Of a stretch of 64,000 nt of DNA, positions 30,507 to 40,860 are shown in pieces (positions within the stretch are counted from its first letter, which is position 1; every line of letters begins with the position of its first letter). The notes under the pieces are model-generated. The model ran no database searches. It saw nothing but the letters and a program-made list of their open reading frames with translations, and was not told where the DNA came from. A program made the position numbers and the translations under genes. The stretch is from Candidatus Obscuribacteraceae bacterium (GTDB lineage: Bacteria > Cyanobacteriota > Vampirovibrionia > Obscuribacterales > Obscuribacteraceae), in NCBI GenBank assembly GCA_044226015.1, contig JBGAHS010000008.1, positions 96,001 to 160,000 of the forward strand, written 5' to 3'.

Positions 30507-31997
30507 TTATTGATTGAATTGAACTAAAATCATGTTGTTCGGTCCATCAAGCTCAGCACTGAGCAAGACTTCATCGATGACAGTGTTATCGGGCAGTTTG
30601 AAGTTGCACTCATTCCCCTTCTTTGTGCCGAAGTCCTTCAACGCAACAGTGTCAGCATATTTGCTTGGGTCACCCGCTCTAACAGCGAGTGAAACACTTG
30701 CCAGACTTTTTCCAGCGATATGAATTGATTTAGCTGAAACTGGCATCGCCAAATTGAGCTGAATGTATGGCCTCTGCAAGGGCAGCTGAAGAAAGTCCTT
30801 GGCATTCGTCGGATAGTACATAGTGTATGTATTGGTGTTGGTCTTTTTGCAGGCAATCAAAGGCGGAATGAAATCATTTATCTCTGGCTCTTTGGCAACA
30901 GTCACCGAAGCAGTCTTCGGACCAAGAATGTCCTTGTAATTTTTTTCTATGAAATCGGCTGCTGATGTGGCATAAAAGTGGGTAAGAGGCAGTGCGGGAT
31001 GACCATTGACCGGGCTAGCAGCCAAACTCTTGTTGCCGGCACCCGAGCTGCGAGAACGTTCAGCTGTCCACGCCATCATTCCATCAAATAGATTAAGAAA
31101 AGGCACGCCATTGCTTCTGTACAATTTCTCTATCGGGTTGTACAAGACACTAGCATCTGCAGTCGGCAATGGAAGAGCAACAGAGAAAACTGGCTTCCCG
31201 GACTCCTTCGCGAATGCGCCCAGTCCGGCTACGGTATTTTCGTACGCCTTCCAGTTTTCACCCTCAAGAAGTTTCTCCTGCCAGACTTTGTACTCGTAGC
31301 CAGCGGGTCCACTCTTCTTCGAGATGAGCTTTCCATCCCGCAAGCGATTCAATTGAAAAGAAAGATTGGGAAATACGGAAGACATAGACTGAATTAAGCC
31401 TGAAACCTGGTCTTCTCCACCAGAAACAAGCTGTTTAACGAAGCCACTACCAGCGGTATCACCACCTTCGTCAGGGTCGTTAGCCACGTAACCGAATACT
31501 ATTGCATCAGGACTGTACTCCTCGTTCAATTTTTTCGCCCATACTAGCTCTTTGTTGGTCGGAGCGCCACAAGCACCTGCTCCGATGACCTGAACATTCT
31601 GGAAACCTCGACGAAGCAACTCAATCTGAAGCTGACGCCACCAGATATCGTTCATATTCTCCAGCCCATCTCCCCAGGCGAACGAATCACCTATAACTAG
31701 AATTCGTTTCATTCCCTCAGCAGATTTACTGACTTGAAACGCCTCGGACCGCCACAACGGGTCGCTGGCGGTGCCTAAATTGCGTTCCGCCATGAAAGAG
31801 TAGACTCGCTTGTTGTGCTCGACCCATTCAGGTGAAGCGATGCTGCCTTTCCGAGCCAAATCAGGCAAAAGAATGCGATCGATACAAGCTAAGACAAGCA
31901 GAACAACCAGAATCGAGCAAAGAAAATAGAAAACTGACTTGAGCGGCAAAATCTGCAAGCGATTTTTGCTACCACCCTGAACAACGGAAGAAACCAC
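30507..31997 (-). CDS. Membrane-anchored SGNH/GDSL-family protein with extra C-terminal beta domain
   Basis: N-terminal TM helix; block I IGDSFAWG, block III VAND, block V NGHP; 10 nt upstream of the carbamoyltransferase. Confidence 0.82.
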   Translation of the reverse strand: MVSSVVQGGSKNRLQILPLKSVFYFLCSILVVLLVLACIDRILLPDLARKGSIASPEWVEHNKRVYSFMAERNLGTASDPLWRSEAFQVSKSAEGMKRILVIGDSFAWGDGLENMNDIWWRQLQIELLRRGFQNVQVIGAGACGAPTNKELVWAKKLNEEYSPDAIVFGYVANDPDEGGDTAGSGFVKQLVSGGEDQVSGLIQSMSSVFPNLSFQLNRLRDGKLISKKSGPAGYEYKVWQEKLLEGENWKAYENTVAGLGAFAKESGKPVFSVALPLPTADASVLYNPIEKLYRSNGVPFLNLFDGMMAWTAERSRSSGAGNKSLAASPVNGHPALPLTHFYATSAADFIEKNYKDILGPKTASVTVAKEPEINDFIPPLIACKKTNTNTYTMYYPTNAKDFLQLPLQRPYIQLNLAMPVSAKSIHIAGKSLASVSLAVRAGDPSKYADTVALKDFGTKKGNECNFKLPDNTVIDEVLLSAELDGPNNMILVQFNQ

Positions 31998-32296
31998 GCA
32001 TTGAGCCTCGCGAGGAGCGACGGACCTAAGCTACCATGAATGCAAGCGCCGCAGCCTGAAAGCGATCTAAAGTACACAAGTGGCAAATTCCCATTGCTAA
32101 ATTTATAACAAGGTTATTAAGTACTAAGACTTCTCCCTTCCCTTGCCAACAGCGGAACGTGGCGTCCAGTAGGCGATGCGAGACACAGTTTCATATACTG
32201 CTTCCAATGAATTCAAGAGTCCTTCGTGCATAAATAGCTTGAATTTTGCTCCCGCAAGAAAAATTGCGCACCCAGTAACCCGAATCAGGAAAGCTC

Positions 32297-35200
32297 ATGC
32301 CTCGGAATCCAGAAATCAACAAAGTCTTGGTACTCGGAGCCGGCCCAATTGTGATCGGGCAAGCTTGTGAGTTCGACTATTCAGGAACGCAAGCCTGCAA
32401 ATCTCTCAGGGAAGAGGGCATTAAGGTCGTGCTGGTGAACTCTAATCCAGCGACGATAATGACAGATCCTGGTACTGCCGATGTCACCTACATTGAACCG
32501 CTGACAGTGTCTGCGCTTACGAAGGTCATTGAAAAAGAACGGCCTGATTCTCTGTTGCCTACGATGGGAGGGCAAACAGCACTGAACCTCGCGGTGGAGC
32601 TAGCCGAGAGTGGAGTGCTGGACAAATATGGCGTAAAACTAATCGGCGCAAATATAAGCGCAATCAAGCTTGCTGAAGATCGCGCCATGTTCAGAGATAA
32701 GATGATTGAAATTGGCGTGCCGGTTCCAAAATCATGGATTATTCATAATGTTAAAGAACTGGAAAGTTTACGCAACGAGATAAAGTTTCCCCAAGTTGTT
32801 AGACCCGCATTCACACTTGGTGGCACAGGCGGTGGCATAGCTTATAACATCGACGATTTACTGAGAATCTCTGCTGCAGGTTTAGCCGCAAGCCCTGTGA
32901 GCGAAGTTCTTATTGAAACATATTTGAATGGATGGAAAGAACTTGAACTCGAAGTTGTACGAGATAAAGCAGACAATTTCATAGTCATTTGCCATATAGA
33001 GAATATAGATCCGATGGGTGTCCACACCGGTGACTCAATCACTGTGGCACCACTGCAAACAGTTACAGACCGCGAATATCAAGAGCTTCGTGATGCATCG
33101 AAGCGCATCATGAATGCCATTGGAGTTGATTGCGGTGGATCAAACGTGCAGTTTGCCATCGACCCAGTCACTGGCGAGTACGTTGTTATTGAAATGAACC
33201 CTCGCGTCTCGCGCTCGTCTGCGCTAGCAAGCAAAGCCACTGGTTATCCGATAGCAAAAGTCTCAGCAAAACTGGCAGTCGGCTTTACTCTCGATGAAGT
33301 AAAAAATGAAATTGCAGGTGGAATTTCGGCTTGCTTCGAACCTAGCATTGATTATGTAGTCACCAAAATTCCAAGATTTGATTTCGGCAAATTCGCTGGG
33401 GCCAATGAAACGCTCGGCACAGAAATGAAGTCGGTCGGCGAAGTTATGGCGATAGGCGCGACATTCCAGGAATCAATGCAGAAAGCCCTTCGCGGACTTG
33501 AGCTGGGTCTCAACGGCTATAGCCCGCAGTCAAGCCGCATCACTAGAGACCTGGAACTATGGAAACAAAGACTTGCAAGTCCTTCTCGCCATAGATTGAA
33601 CGACACTTGGGGTGCGTTCAAGGCTGGGTTCACTGTCGAAGAATTGAATCAAATTAGTGGAATAGACCACTGGTTTCTCGATAATCTTTATGAACTGTGG
33701 CAAGTTCAAGAAGCAATCACCCATCAGTGGGCGATAAGAGCTGAAAATGCGGCTGTGTGCGAACAAGAAGCAGAACGAATTTCCATCGAAGACATAGAGG
33801 AAAAGAACTGCGACTTAGAGACAGTCATCTACAAAGACGAACTCCTGCAGTTGAAGAAGATGGGCTTTGGAGACAAGCAAATTGCCAACATCGTTTCTAA
33901 GCTACCGGGCTTTGCCTGGGTAAGAGAAGACGACATTTTCGGATATCGTCGAGCACTAAATATGGTGCCTGGCTACAGCCGTATAGACACCTGCGCTGCT
34001 GAGTTTCCTGGCACAGGAAATTACTTGTATTCTAGCTATCACACATCTGCTGAGGGCGACCGAGAGTACGCCCCAGACAAGAAGCGTCGCGTGATGGTGT
34101 TGGGCTCTGGCCCCAACCGCATCGGACAGGGAATTGAATTCGACTATTGCTGCGTGCAATCAGTTCTCGAACTGCGTGACATGAACATCACCAGCATCAT
34201 GGTTAATTGCAACCCTGAAACAGTCTCGACTGATTACGATACTTCGGATGTATTGTATTTCGAATCGCTTACCTTAGAAGATGTAAGCGAAGTCGCAATG
34301 CTGGAAAAACCCGATGGCATTATCATTCAATTCGGCGGACAGACACCGCTAAAACTCGCTCATGGACTGGAAGCACGCGGCTTTAAGATTCTCGGAACAT
34401 CTCCAGACAGCACGGACTTAGCAGAGGACCGAGCCAGATTCGGCAGATTGGTCACACAGCTAGGCTTAAAACAAGCGGAAGGCGACACAGCCTTCAACAG
34501 CTTCGAAGCAGAGCGTATTGCTGAGAAACTTGGTTTCCCACTCTTAGTAAGACCAAGCTATGTATTGGGTGGCAGAGCAATGCACGTTGTTCAATCAATG
34601 GAACAGCTCAAGAGACTCATGAAGAGTGCTTTCTCCATCGAACCGGAAAAGCCGGTTTTGTTGGATAGATTCCTCGAAGGTGCAACAGAAGTAGATGTTG
34701 ATGTAGTATGCGATGGCAACGACACAGTCATTGCAGGCGTGATGGAACACGTTGAGGAAGCAGGCGTTCACTCCGGTGACAGTTCTTGCATTCTCCCACC
34801 GCAGAATTTGTCAGCACAAATCGTTGGCGAATTGAAAGAAGCAAGCATAAAACTTGCTACAGCGCTCAAAGTTGTGGGCGCATTGAATGTTCAGTGGGCA
34901 GTATATAAAAATGAAATCTACGTACTTGAAGCCAACCCGAGAGCAAGCCGCACTTTGCCTTTTGTTTGCAAAGCCACAGGCGTACCTTGGGTAAAAATTG
35001 CCACTCGCGCAATCATGGGCGAAAGCCTCAAGAGCATGTCGCACCTGTGGACTGACAAGCCGCAATTTACTTTCGTCAAATCAGTTGTGATTCCATTCAG
35101 CAGATTCCACGGAAGCAAGGTCTTCCTGGGTCCTGAAATGCGTTCAACAGGCGAAGTTATGGGTGTAGGCAAGAACTTTGAAATTGCGTACGCTAAGGCA

Positions 35201-35707
35201 CAGGCTGGTGCGGGTCTGCGAATTCCAGATGGTGGAAAAGTGCTGGTTTCTAGTTCTGACCACTGCTTACCTCGTGCATTGGAGGTGCTTGCTCAATATC
35301 AAGCTCTAGGTTTTGAAGCTATATTGACCCGATGGACTCCAGAATCTGACTTGAAAGATTTCAGCAGCGCAGAGCTTTTCTGCGCGAAAGACATGGACGA
35401 AGCCAGCCTGGCAAAGACATTGCAGAACAAAGGCGTGTCGCTTGCAGTAAGTGTTGGTGAACTTGGTGACATTTCCGAACTAGATCAAAAAGTACGCCGC
35501 GCCTGCATCAAGCAGAGAATTCCACTGCTGCTAACGGCTGAGTCAGCATTAGCTCTGGCTAAGTCAATCAGCGCAATTCGCACTGAAGAAGAGACTGTGC
35601 ACAGCATTCAATCTTTGCATGAAATGGCAGCGGAAACGCAAAAACTTGAGTTTGCACCAATGAACTTTGAACCAGCCGTCGACACTAGTATGGTTCAAAC
35701 AATCTAG
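32297..35707 (+). CDS. carB: Carbamoyl-phosphate synthase large subunit (allosteric domain divergent)
   Basis: Motifs [86 protein letters not shown] and [12 protein letters not shown]. Confidence 0.96.
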   Translation: MPRNPEINKVLVLGAGPIVIGQACEFDYSGTQACKSLREEGIKVVLVNSNPATIMTDPGTADVTYIEPLTVSALTKVIEKERPDSLLPTMGGQTALNLAVELAESGVLDKYGVKLIGANISAIKLAEDRAMFRDKMIEIGVPVPKSWIIHNVKELESLRNEIKFPQVVRPAFTLGGTGGGIAYNIDDLLRISAAGLAASPVSEVLIETYLNGWKELELEVVRDKADNFIVICHIENIDPMGVHTGDSITVAPLQTVTDREYQELRDASKRIMNAIGVDCGGSNVQFAIDPVTGEYVVIEMNPRVSRSSALASKATGYPIAKVSAKLAVGFTLDEVKNEIAGGISACFEPSIDYVVTKIPRFDFGKFAGANETLGTEMKSVGEVMAIGATFQESMQKALRGLELGLNGYSPQSSRITRDLELWKQRLASPSRHRLNDTWGAFKAGFTVEELNQISGIDHWFLDNLYELWQVQEAITHQWAIRAENAAVCEQEAERISIEDIEEKNCDLETVIYKDELLQLKKMGFGDKQIANIVSKLPGFAWVREDDIFGYRRALNMVPGYSRIDTCAAEFPGTGNYLYSSYHTSAEGDREYAPDKKRRVMVLGSGPNRIGQGIEFDYCCVQSVLELRDMNITSIMVNCNPETVSTDYDTSDVLYFESLTLEDVSEVAMLEKPDGIIIQFGGQTPLKLAHGLEARGFKILGTSPDSTDLAEDRARFGRLVTQLGLKQAEGDTAFNSFEAERIAEKLGFPLLVRPSYVLGGRAMHVVQSMEQLKRLMKSAFSIEPEKPVLLDRFLEGATEVDVDVVCDGNDTVIAGVMEHVEEAGVHSGDSSCILPPQNLSAQIVGELKEASIKLATALKVVGALNVQWAVYKNEIYVLEANPRASRTLPFVCKATGVPWVKIATRAIMGESLKSMSHLWTDKPQFTFVKSVVIPFSRFHGSKVFLGPEMRSTGEVMGVGKNFEIAYAKAQAGAGLRIPDGGKVLVSSSDHCLPRALEVLAQYQALGFEAILTRWTPESDLKDFSSAELFCAKDMDEASLAKTLQNKGVSLAVSVGELGDISELDQKVRRACIKQRIPLLLTAESALALAKSISAIRTEEETVHSIQSLHEMAAETQKLEFAPMNFEPAVDTSMVQTI

Positions 35708-35721
35708 CAAGAGAGTAGAAT

Positions 35722-38700
35722 GTGCTTGCCGGTTCTATGGAAAGCCAAGTGGCAGAATCAAGCACTAAGAGTTCCAACGCAAACACGGAAGCGCCGAAAT
35801 GGAGCATCTTCCTTGGGCTGACTTTACTGGCGATTGCCTGCGCCTTTTTCAAAAGCATCTTTCTGGCAGAGCCAATTTCGCGCTTTGATTTGATTACACA
35901 ACTAGATGTCCTCTTCAACCCCCAGTTGAATGGCTCAGGAATAACAGTTGCGCAAGATCCCAGCGCGTGCTTACAGAGCATTCCGCGAGAATTCCTGGTT
36001 CAAGAACAACTCAGACATTTCATCTTGCCGCTATGGAACAACCTCTCAGGGTGCGGGCAGCCAATTCTAGCTGACCCGGCAAATACAATCTTTGGACCAA
36101 TCGACGTCATTTTCTCTCCACTAAATCAGTCCGTTTACAACATCGGACTCATCGTTAAAATGCTGATTGGCGGTGCTCTGTCTTTCTGGTTATTCACCAG
36201 ATACGGTGCAGAACCCTGGGCAGCAAGCACAGTAGCGGTAGGTTTCGCACTGTGCGCGAGAGTACTGCGCGGCATCGAGCTTGCGACAGACTACGAAATA
36301 CTGCCGGCAATTTTTCTGGCATTCTCGTTTCTCACACCGAAGGCTAGCATGTCGCGCATCGCTGGCTGTTCTTTGATGCTGGCTTTTGCTTATGTGTCAC
36401 TGCATCCTGAAGTTTTTTTTGTTGGAGTTCTTTCAGCAAGTATAATATGGTTCTCAAACTTCTACTCCGCGTTGAAGGACAAGAAGCGGGTTTTGAAAAG
36501 AGCGTTCCGTAGCTTCATTTTATTCGGCATCATAACTGTTTTGATAGTCTCGCCATTTCTGGTTTCCTTCTTTGAGTACTTGAAGCTTGCTCAGAGCTAC
36601 AAATATCACGATGCAAGCATGCAGTTTATTCCGATTGACCAGTTGCTCAAACACCTATGTGATGCAAAGGTTGATGGAACACTCTTTCCAGGGTGGCTGG
36701 TCATCTTCGGTGCTCTGGCATCAATTTGTTTTAGGTGGAAACAAAAGTGGTCTGTGATGCTTGTAGCCACCTTGTGGATTTTATTTTCGTGCCGACCACT
36801 GGGTCTGATTCAGACGCTGGGAAAGCCGCCGCTTTCGTATTTGCTCCCGGAATATGGTCTAGGCTGCATCCTCTTAATGGTATGCACCATGGCAGCACTT
36901 GGGCTGACTAAACTACGCGAAACAGGGTCAAAAAAATGCCTGGCTGTTGGTGTAGCAGCTAGCATTGGCTCGCTAATACTCGCGTTAAGCGGGGGACTGA
37001 GCAGCGCCAGGCAGCTACTATTGCCGGCACTCACGATGGTCGCGGCTCTGGCGACCATATACATATCTAGAAAAACGAACTCAGAACAGGGAACGAAAAA
37101 CTTAGCAGAAGTTCCGGCTTCAGGTTCAGCATCACTAGTGGCTGCAAACCAAGGTCCCGATAATGATTCTGATTCAAAGGCCGATTCCACTAGTAATAAA
37201 GATGCGGACCCAAGTTCAACGACAGGTCCAACGAGACACCCTGAGGTGGATACTACTTCAACGAGCGATTCATCGACGAATACAAGTGCTGAATCCCGAA
37301 AGAAGGTGCTCAAAGCAGCCCTTGTTCTTTTGCCTGCTATCAATTCATTATTCATGCTCGCGCCAGCCCGACAGGAGCTTCCAGCCACACGACAGGTCGC
37401 GATTCCTCCATCAGGCGAAACCGAATTTATAAACAAGCTCAGATCTTACGGAAACGACAGAGTCACCGCATGTGGTGACCGCATCTTCCAACCGGAAACA
37501 AATTTGCTTTACGGCATTTCAGATTTGCGAACTTGCAGCCCACTAAACAACACGCGATACCTACGTTACATGGAGGCACTTGGAGCCAAACTAGGCTATT
37601 GCAATATGATACAGGTGCCAACCGAGCTAAACCATTTGCTCGACATGGCATCAGTCAAACACATAGTGTCCGACGAGCCACCAGTAGATATTCGAACCAT
37701 CAAAGAGAATTCGAAACAAGAAAAACCAATTGCTGCACAACCAAGCACGCAGCAGGAAGCGGGCAGTAAGAACTCCACAGAAGCAGATACTGTAAGCACC
37801 GAATCTTCGGAGACCCAGAGAACAGCTAGCACTGCAGTGCCATCGACAGCTTCCGACTCTACAGGTTCAAGCACATCTGCAAATTCAAAATCTATTACCA
37901 GCACAAAATCAGCTACCAGCAGCAGCTCAAGCTCATCAGTTGACTCAAGCTCTTCCGTTGACTCAAGCACAATCAATCCAGCATCAAGAGCAAGCACTGA
38001 AGGACGCATTATGCCAGGGTTACGGCTGCTAAAAGTAGACCTCTCTGGAGCACCAGGTCTTGCTTCGGTAAACTGCGAAATCATGCTGCGTGCGCACAAG
38101 CACTTAGGTTCGCGTTACGCCGTTCAACTCCTCATCAAAACAGACAGTGGAGAACTTCTTAGCAGCAAGGCTCAAACCATCAACACTCAAGGCGCGGCGG
38201 TCACAACTCAAACAGAGGCAATATCTAATAGTGATGAGAAAAGCATCGAGTTCGCTGGCGGTTCTGAAAAAGACATCCAAGCAAGCGCCCATAATTCCGA
38301 ACACACCTTTCATATGCCGCTCAATCTGAAGCGCAGCTCCAATCAGCTTCTGCTGCGCATTCTAGACACGTGGACCGGTTCGCGCATACAAGCTGATGGT
38401 AAGAATCTACAAGTCCAAGATAGCGAAATAGTTCTTGCCGACAAGAGTAAACTAAACTCGTTTTTTGATGTTAAAGGTTCCGGCAAAGATAGATTTAGCG
38501 TTGAGTTTGAAAGCCCAACTATGCATAGAATTTATGCGAATAACTCGGCACTTCCATCGGCGTACATTGTGCATCACCTTTTTCTGGCGAGCAATGGCAA
38601 CGAGGCATTGAAAAAGATTAGCGAGAATGACTTCGACTACCAGAATAGCGTCGTGCTGGAAACATACGGACAGCGAATGAATCTCGACCAGCTGAATAAC

Positions 38701-39027
38701 ACAAGCACAGATAAAGGCGACAGAGTTGAAACTCTGTCGAGCAATAGCATGTCGAAGACGTACAACTACACAAGCAAACAAGCTGGCATCTTCGTGCTAA
38801 CAGACTGTTACTACCCCGGATGGCGAGCGGAGGTCGACGGCAAGAGCACAGGCATCTATCGCAGTAATTTCCTTTTTCAATCAATTTTTGTGCCAGCAGG
38901 CACACATCAGGTCAAGTTCTACTACTCGCCATCGACCCTCATCGCATCCATTATTGTTTCAATCATGATCAGCGGGCTCTGCCTCTCATTGGTCATACAG
39001 GGAATGATGCGCCTCTCGCAGAAGTAG
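35722..39027 (+). CDS. YfhO-family GT-C membrane protein #3 with Ser/Thr-rich insertions
   Basis: DPS, PLWNNLSGCGQP, LHPE, YKY, FQPETNLLYG, DMASVKHI and LTDCYYPGW motifs; starts 14 nt after the carB stop. Confidence 0.85.
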   Translation: MLAGSMESQVAESSTKSSNANTEAPKWSIFLGLTLLAIACAFFKSIFLAEPISRFDLITQLDVLFNPQLNGSGITVAQDPSACLQSIPREFLVQEQLRHFILPLWNNLSGCGQPILADPANTIFGPIDVIFSPLNQSVYNIGLIVKMLIGGALSFWLFTRYGAEPWAASTVAVGFALCARVLRGIELATDYEILPAIFLAFSFLTPKASMSRIAGCSLMLAFAYVSLHPEVFFVGVLSASIIWFSNFYSALKDKKRVLKRAFRSFILFGIITVLIVSPFLVSFFEYLKLAQSYKYHDASMQFIPIDQLLKHLCDAKVDGTLFPGWLVIFGALASICFRWKQKWSVMLVATLWILFSCRPLGLIQTLGKPPLSYLLPEYGLGCILLMVCTMAALGLTKLRETGSKKCLAVGVAASIGSLILALSGGLSSARQLLLPALTMVAALATIYISRKTNSEQGTKNLAEVPASGSASLVAANQGPDNDSDSKADSTSNKDADPSSTTGPTRHPEVDTTSTSDSSTNTSAESRKKVLKAALVLLPAINSLFMLAPARQELPATRQVAIPPSGETEFINKLRSYGNDRVTACGDRIFQPETNLLYGISDLRTCSPLNNTRYLRYMEALGAKLGYCNMIQVPTELNHLLDMASVKHIVSDEPPVDIRTIKENSKQEKPIAAQPSTQQEAGSKNSTEADTVSTESSETQRTASTAVPSTASDSTGSSTSANSKSITSTKSATSSSSSSSVDSSSSVDSSTINPASRASTEGRIMPGLRLLKVDLSGAPGLASVNCEIMLRAHKHLGSRYAVQLLIKTDSGELLSSKAQTINTQGAAVTTQTEAISNSDEKSIEFAGGSEKDIQASAHNSEHTFHMPLNLKRSSNQLLLRILDTWTGSRIQADGKNLQVQDSEIVLADKSKLNSFFDVKGSGKDRFSVEFESPTMHRIYANNSALPSAYIVHHLFLASNGNEALKKISENDFDYQNSVVLETYGQRMNLDQLNNTSTDKGDRVETLSSNSMSKTYNYTSKQAGIFVLTDCYYPGWRAEVDGKSTGIYRSNFLFQSIFVPAGTHQVKFYYSPSTLIASIIVSIMISGLCLSLVIQGMMRLSQK

Positions 39028-39054
39028 TTTTCTTGAGCAGCTATACATTCGCAA

Positions 39055-40860
39055 TCAAGTGTCCTTCTGTTGGAACTCAAGAATTTTAGGCAACTCAGCC
39101 AACTTGTGAATCGGTTCGCAGTCACGGTAACGAATCAGGTCGGGAAGATTTTTATCTGGCTTTCCCAGCCTAACGCACTCCTCCAGTGCAGCTAAACAAA
39201 CATAATTGGCCGACAATTCAGGTTCGAATGTGGGGTAGTGCATCCCTAGATTTCGGCGCATCATTTCTTCCCACCGTTCCAAAGCCATCACGAATTCGCC
39301 AGTATCATGGTAATGCTTGGCTAACAAACGCAGCGCACCTACGTGCCCTTCGGATGCAACTTTCTCAAGTACTTTTTTACCGCGCTCTTTCAACTCAGCC
39401 GCAGGCCAGGGAAGTAAGTAGCGCCCCAGTAAATACTCGCTTTCCCGACAAGGAAACTCCTCTATCAACCTTTCAAAGTAACTTACCTTTCGATTACACA
39501 CATTGCTTATACGAATCAACGTAACTATGGCTCTTAAGTCTCCAGATGCGGCATTCTCCTCAATTTGAGCTAGCTTCTCTTTACTAATCTGCACATTCGG
39601 CTCGCACTTTGGATAGATATAGCTATCGATCTTCTCCAGCTCTAAATACGAAACGGCCACACTATGCCCTTTTTTGGCGGCGCCTGCTATCAGCTGGGCT
39701 CGCCGGTCGTTCCAAATTTCGAAATAATCCCCTCCTCGTTTTTCAACGTAATCTTGATTGGGGCAACGCAAACCCAAAAAAAACATCGCTCCAGCGTGCG
39801 CGTCCTCAACTAGATCAAAAATCGGCAATAGCTCATAGCCCAGCTTGTATTTTGTATATCTCAATTCTCCAAGCAGCAAGCAAAATTTGTATGCAGCTTC
39901 GCTTTCGTCCCTACCTTGAATACGGAACTTTTCGAGGGCTTCGTATATGAAGTCTGGACCCTGCTTAAGGCAAAGTTCAGGTGCTACTTCAAAAGGTGGA
40001 CTGATCCCATAAAACTCAGTTCGCAAATGCAGTGGAATCTCGGTATTGCTATCCCACGGAACATATTTATAGTTCGCTAAAACGACCTTCGCTGATTCCA
40101 CATCATAAGCACATTGCACAAGTTCGTGCAGTTCGGTGACGGCTTCCGCTAGTATTTTTGGTTTTTCCTTATTGTATTCTTCGAATGCTTTGTTGGCTGC
40201 CGTTACTACTCCGACAAATTTACCATGATAATATACGGCTGAATCGACATTACATTTTGTGAAAAAAAATTGATGCAAAATGAAGTGATATACGTCTTCC
40301 TCACTTTCAAAGAAAGTCGATTTGTCAGACTGATACCGATTTATAAACTCACGTATTGCGCATTTTGCCCTGTCAAAAAACTTTTGTCGAGTTTGTATGA
40401 TTTGCCGCCGAGCATGAACAAAATAGATCTCGGCATTTCCGGCAGATAATGAGTATCTCTCTTCAAAGGCTTTTCCTTTAACCGGATACTCACGTTCATT
40501 TTCTTTCCAGGATATCCCAGGACTCAACAAAAATGTGAACAGCTCAAAGAAATTGTTCCGTCGCATCAATCTTCTGGACAAAACTCTCAAAGTCAGTAAT
40601 AGCTGCAGCGTTGACTGAAGGTTAGCCTGAAACCGCGGTGAGAATGGATCAACTTCAGGAACAGCATTCTTCAACTCATCCATTATTCGCTTGGGTACAG
40701 CAATCTTCTTGTCGCCGAAGCTATAGCGAAAATCGTAGAAATCGTAGGGGCTCAGAATTTCGTCGAGCACTTCGAAATTATCATTTTTGGCCAGAAGGAA
40801 TTCAAAAAAGACATCCCCATCAAGAGTCTTATTTTCCTTCTGACTCGACTTTTTTGGCAT
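39055..40860 (-). CDS. Hypothetical protein with C-terminal Sel1/TPR-like repeats
   Basis: 601-aa ORF with repeated Sel1-like helices (AAKKGHSVAVSYL, AASGDLRAIVTL, VASEGHVGALRLLA); no signal peptide; overlaps the giant gene by 32 nt. Confidence 0.7.
   Translation of the reverse strand: MPKKSSQKENKTLDGDVFFEFLLAKNDNFEVLDEILSPYDFYDFRYSFGDKKIAVPKRIMDELKNAVPEVDPFSPRFQANLQSTLQLLLTLRVLSRRLMRRNNFFELFTFLLSPGISWKENEREYPVKGKAFEERYSLSAGNAEIYFVHARRQIIQTRQKFFDRAKCAIREFINRYQSDKSTFFESEEDVYHFILHQFFFTKCNVDSAVYYHGKFVGVVTAANKAFEEYNKEKPKILAEAVTELHELVQCAYDVESAKVVLANYKYVPWDSNTEIPLHLRTEFYGISPPFEVAPELCLKQGPDFIYEALEKFRIQGRDESEAAYKFCLLLGELRYTKYKLGYELLPIFDLVEDAHAGAMFFLGLRCPNQDYVEKRGGDYFEIWNDRRAQLIAGAAKKGHSVAVSYLELEKIDSYIYPKCEPNVQISKEKLAQIEENAASGDLRAIVTLIRISNVCNRKVSYFERLIEEFPCRESEYLLGRYLLPWPAAELKERGKKVLEKVASEGHVGALRLLAKHYHDTGEFVMALERWEEMMRRNLGMHYPTFEPELSANYVCLAALEECVRLGKPDKNLPDLIRYRDCEPIHKLAELPKILEFQQKDT

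Noticed and set aside
28051..31997. Saxitoxin gene cluster (sxtI/J/K plus GDSL sxtL-like)
   Set aside because: No sxtA, sxtG, sxtB or other core genes in the window. This module occurs outside toxin clusters, and here it lies in a glycan locus.
31998..32296. PyrR attenuator or ARG box upstream of carB
   Set aside because: No PyrR-binding loop consensus, terminator or clear ARG box; only weak inverted repeats (GAATTCAAG/CTTGAATTT).
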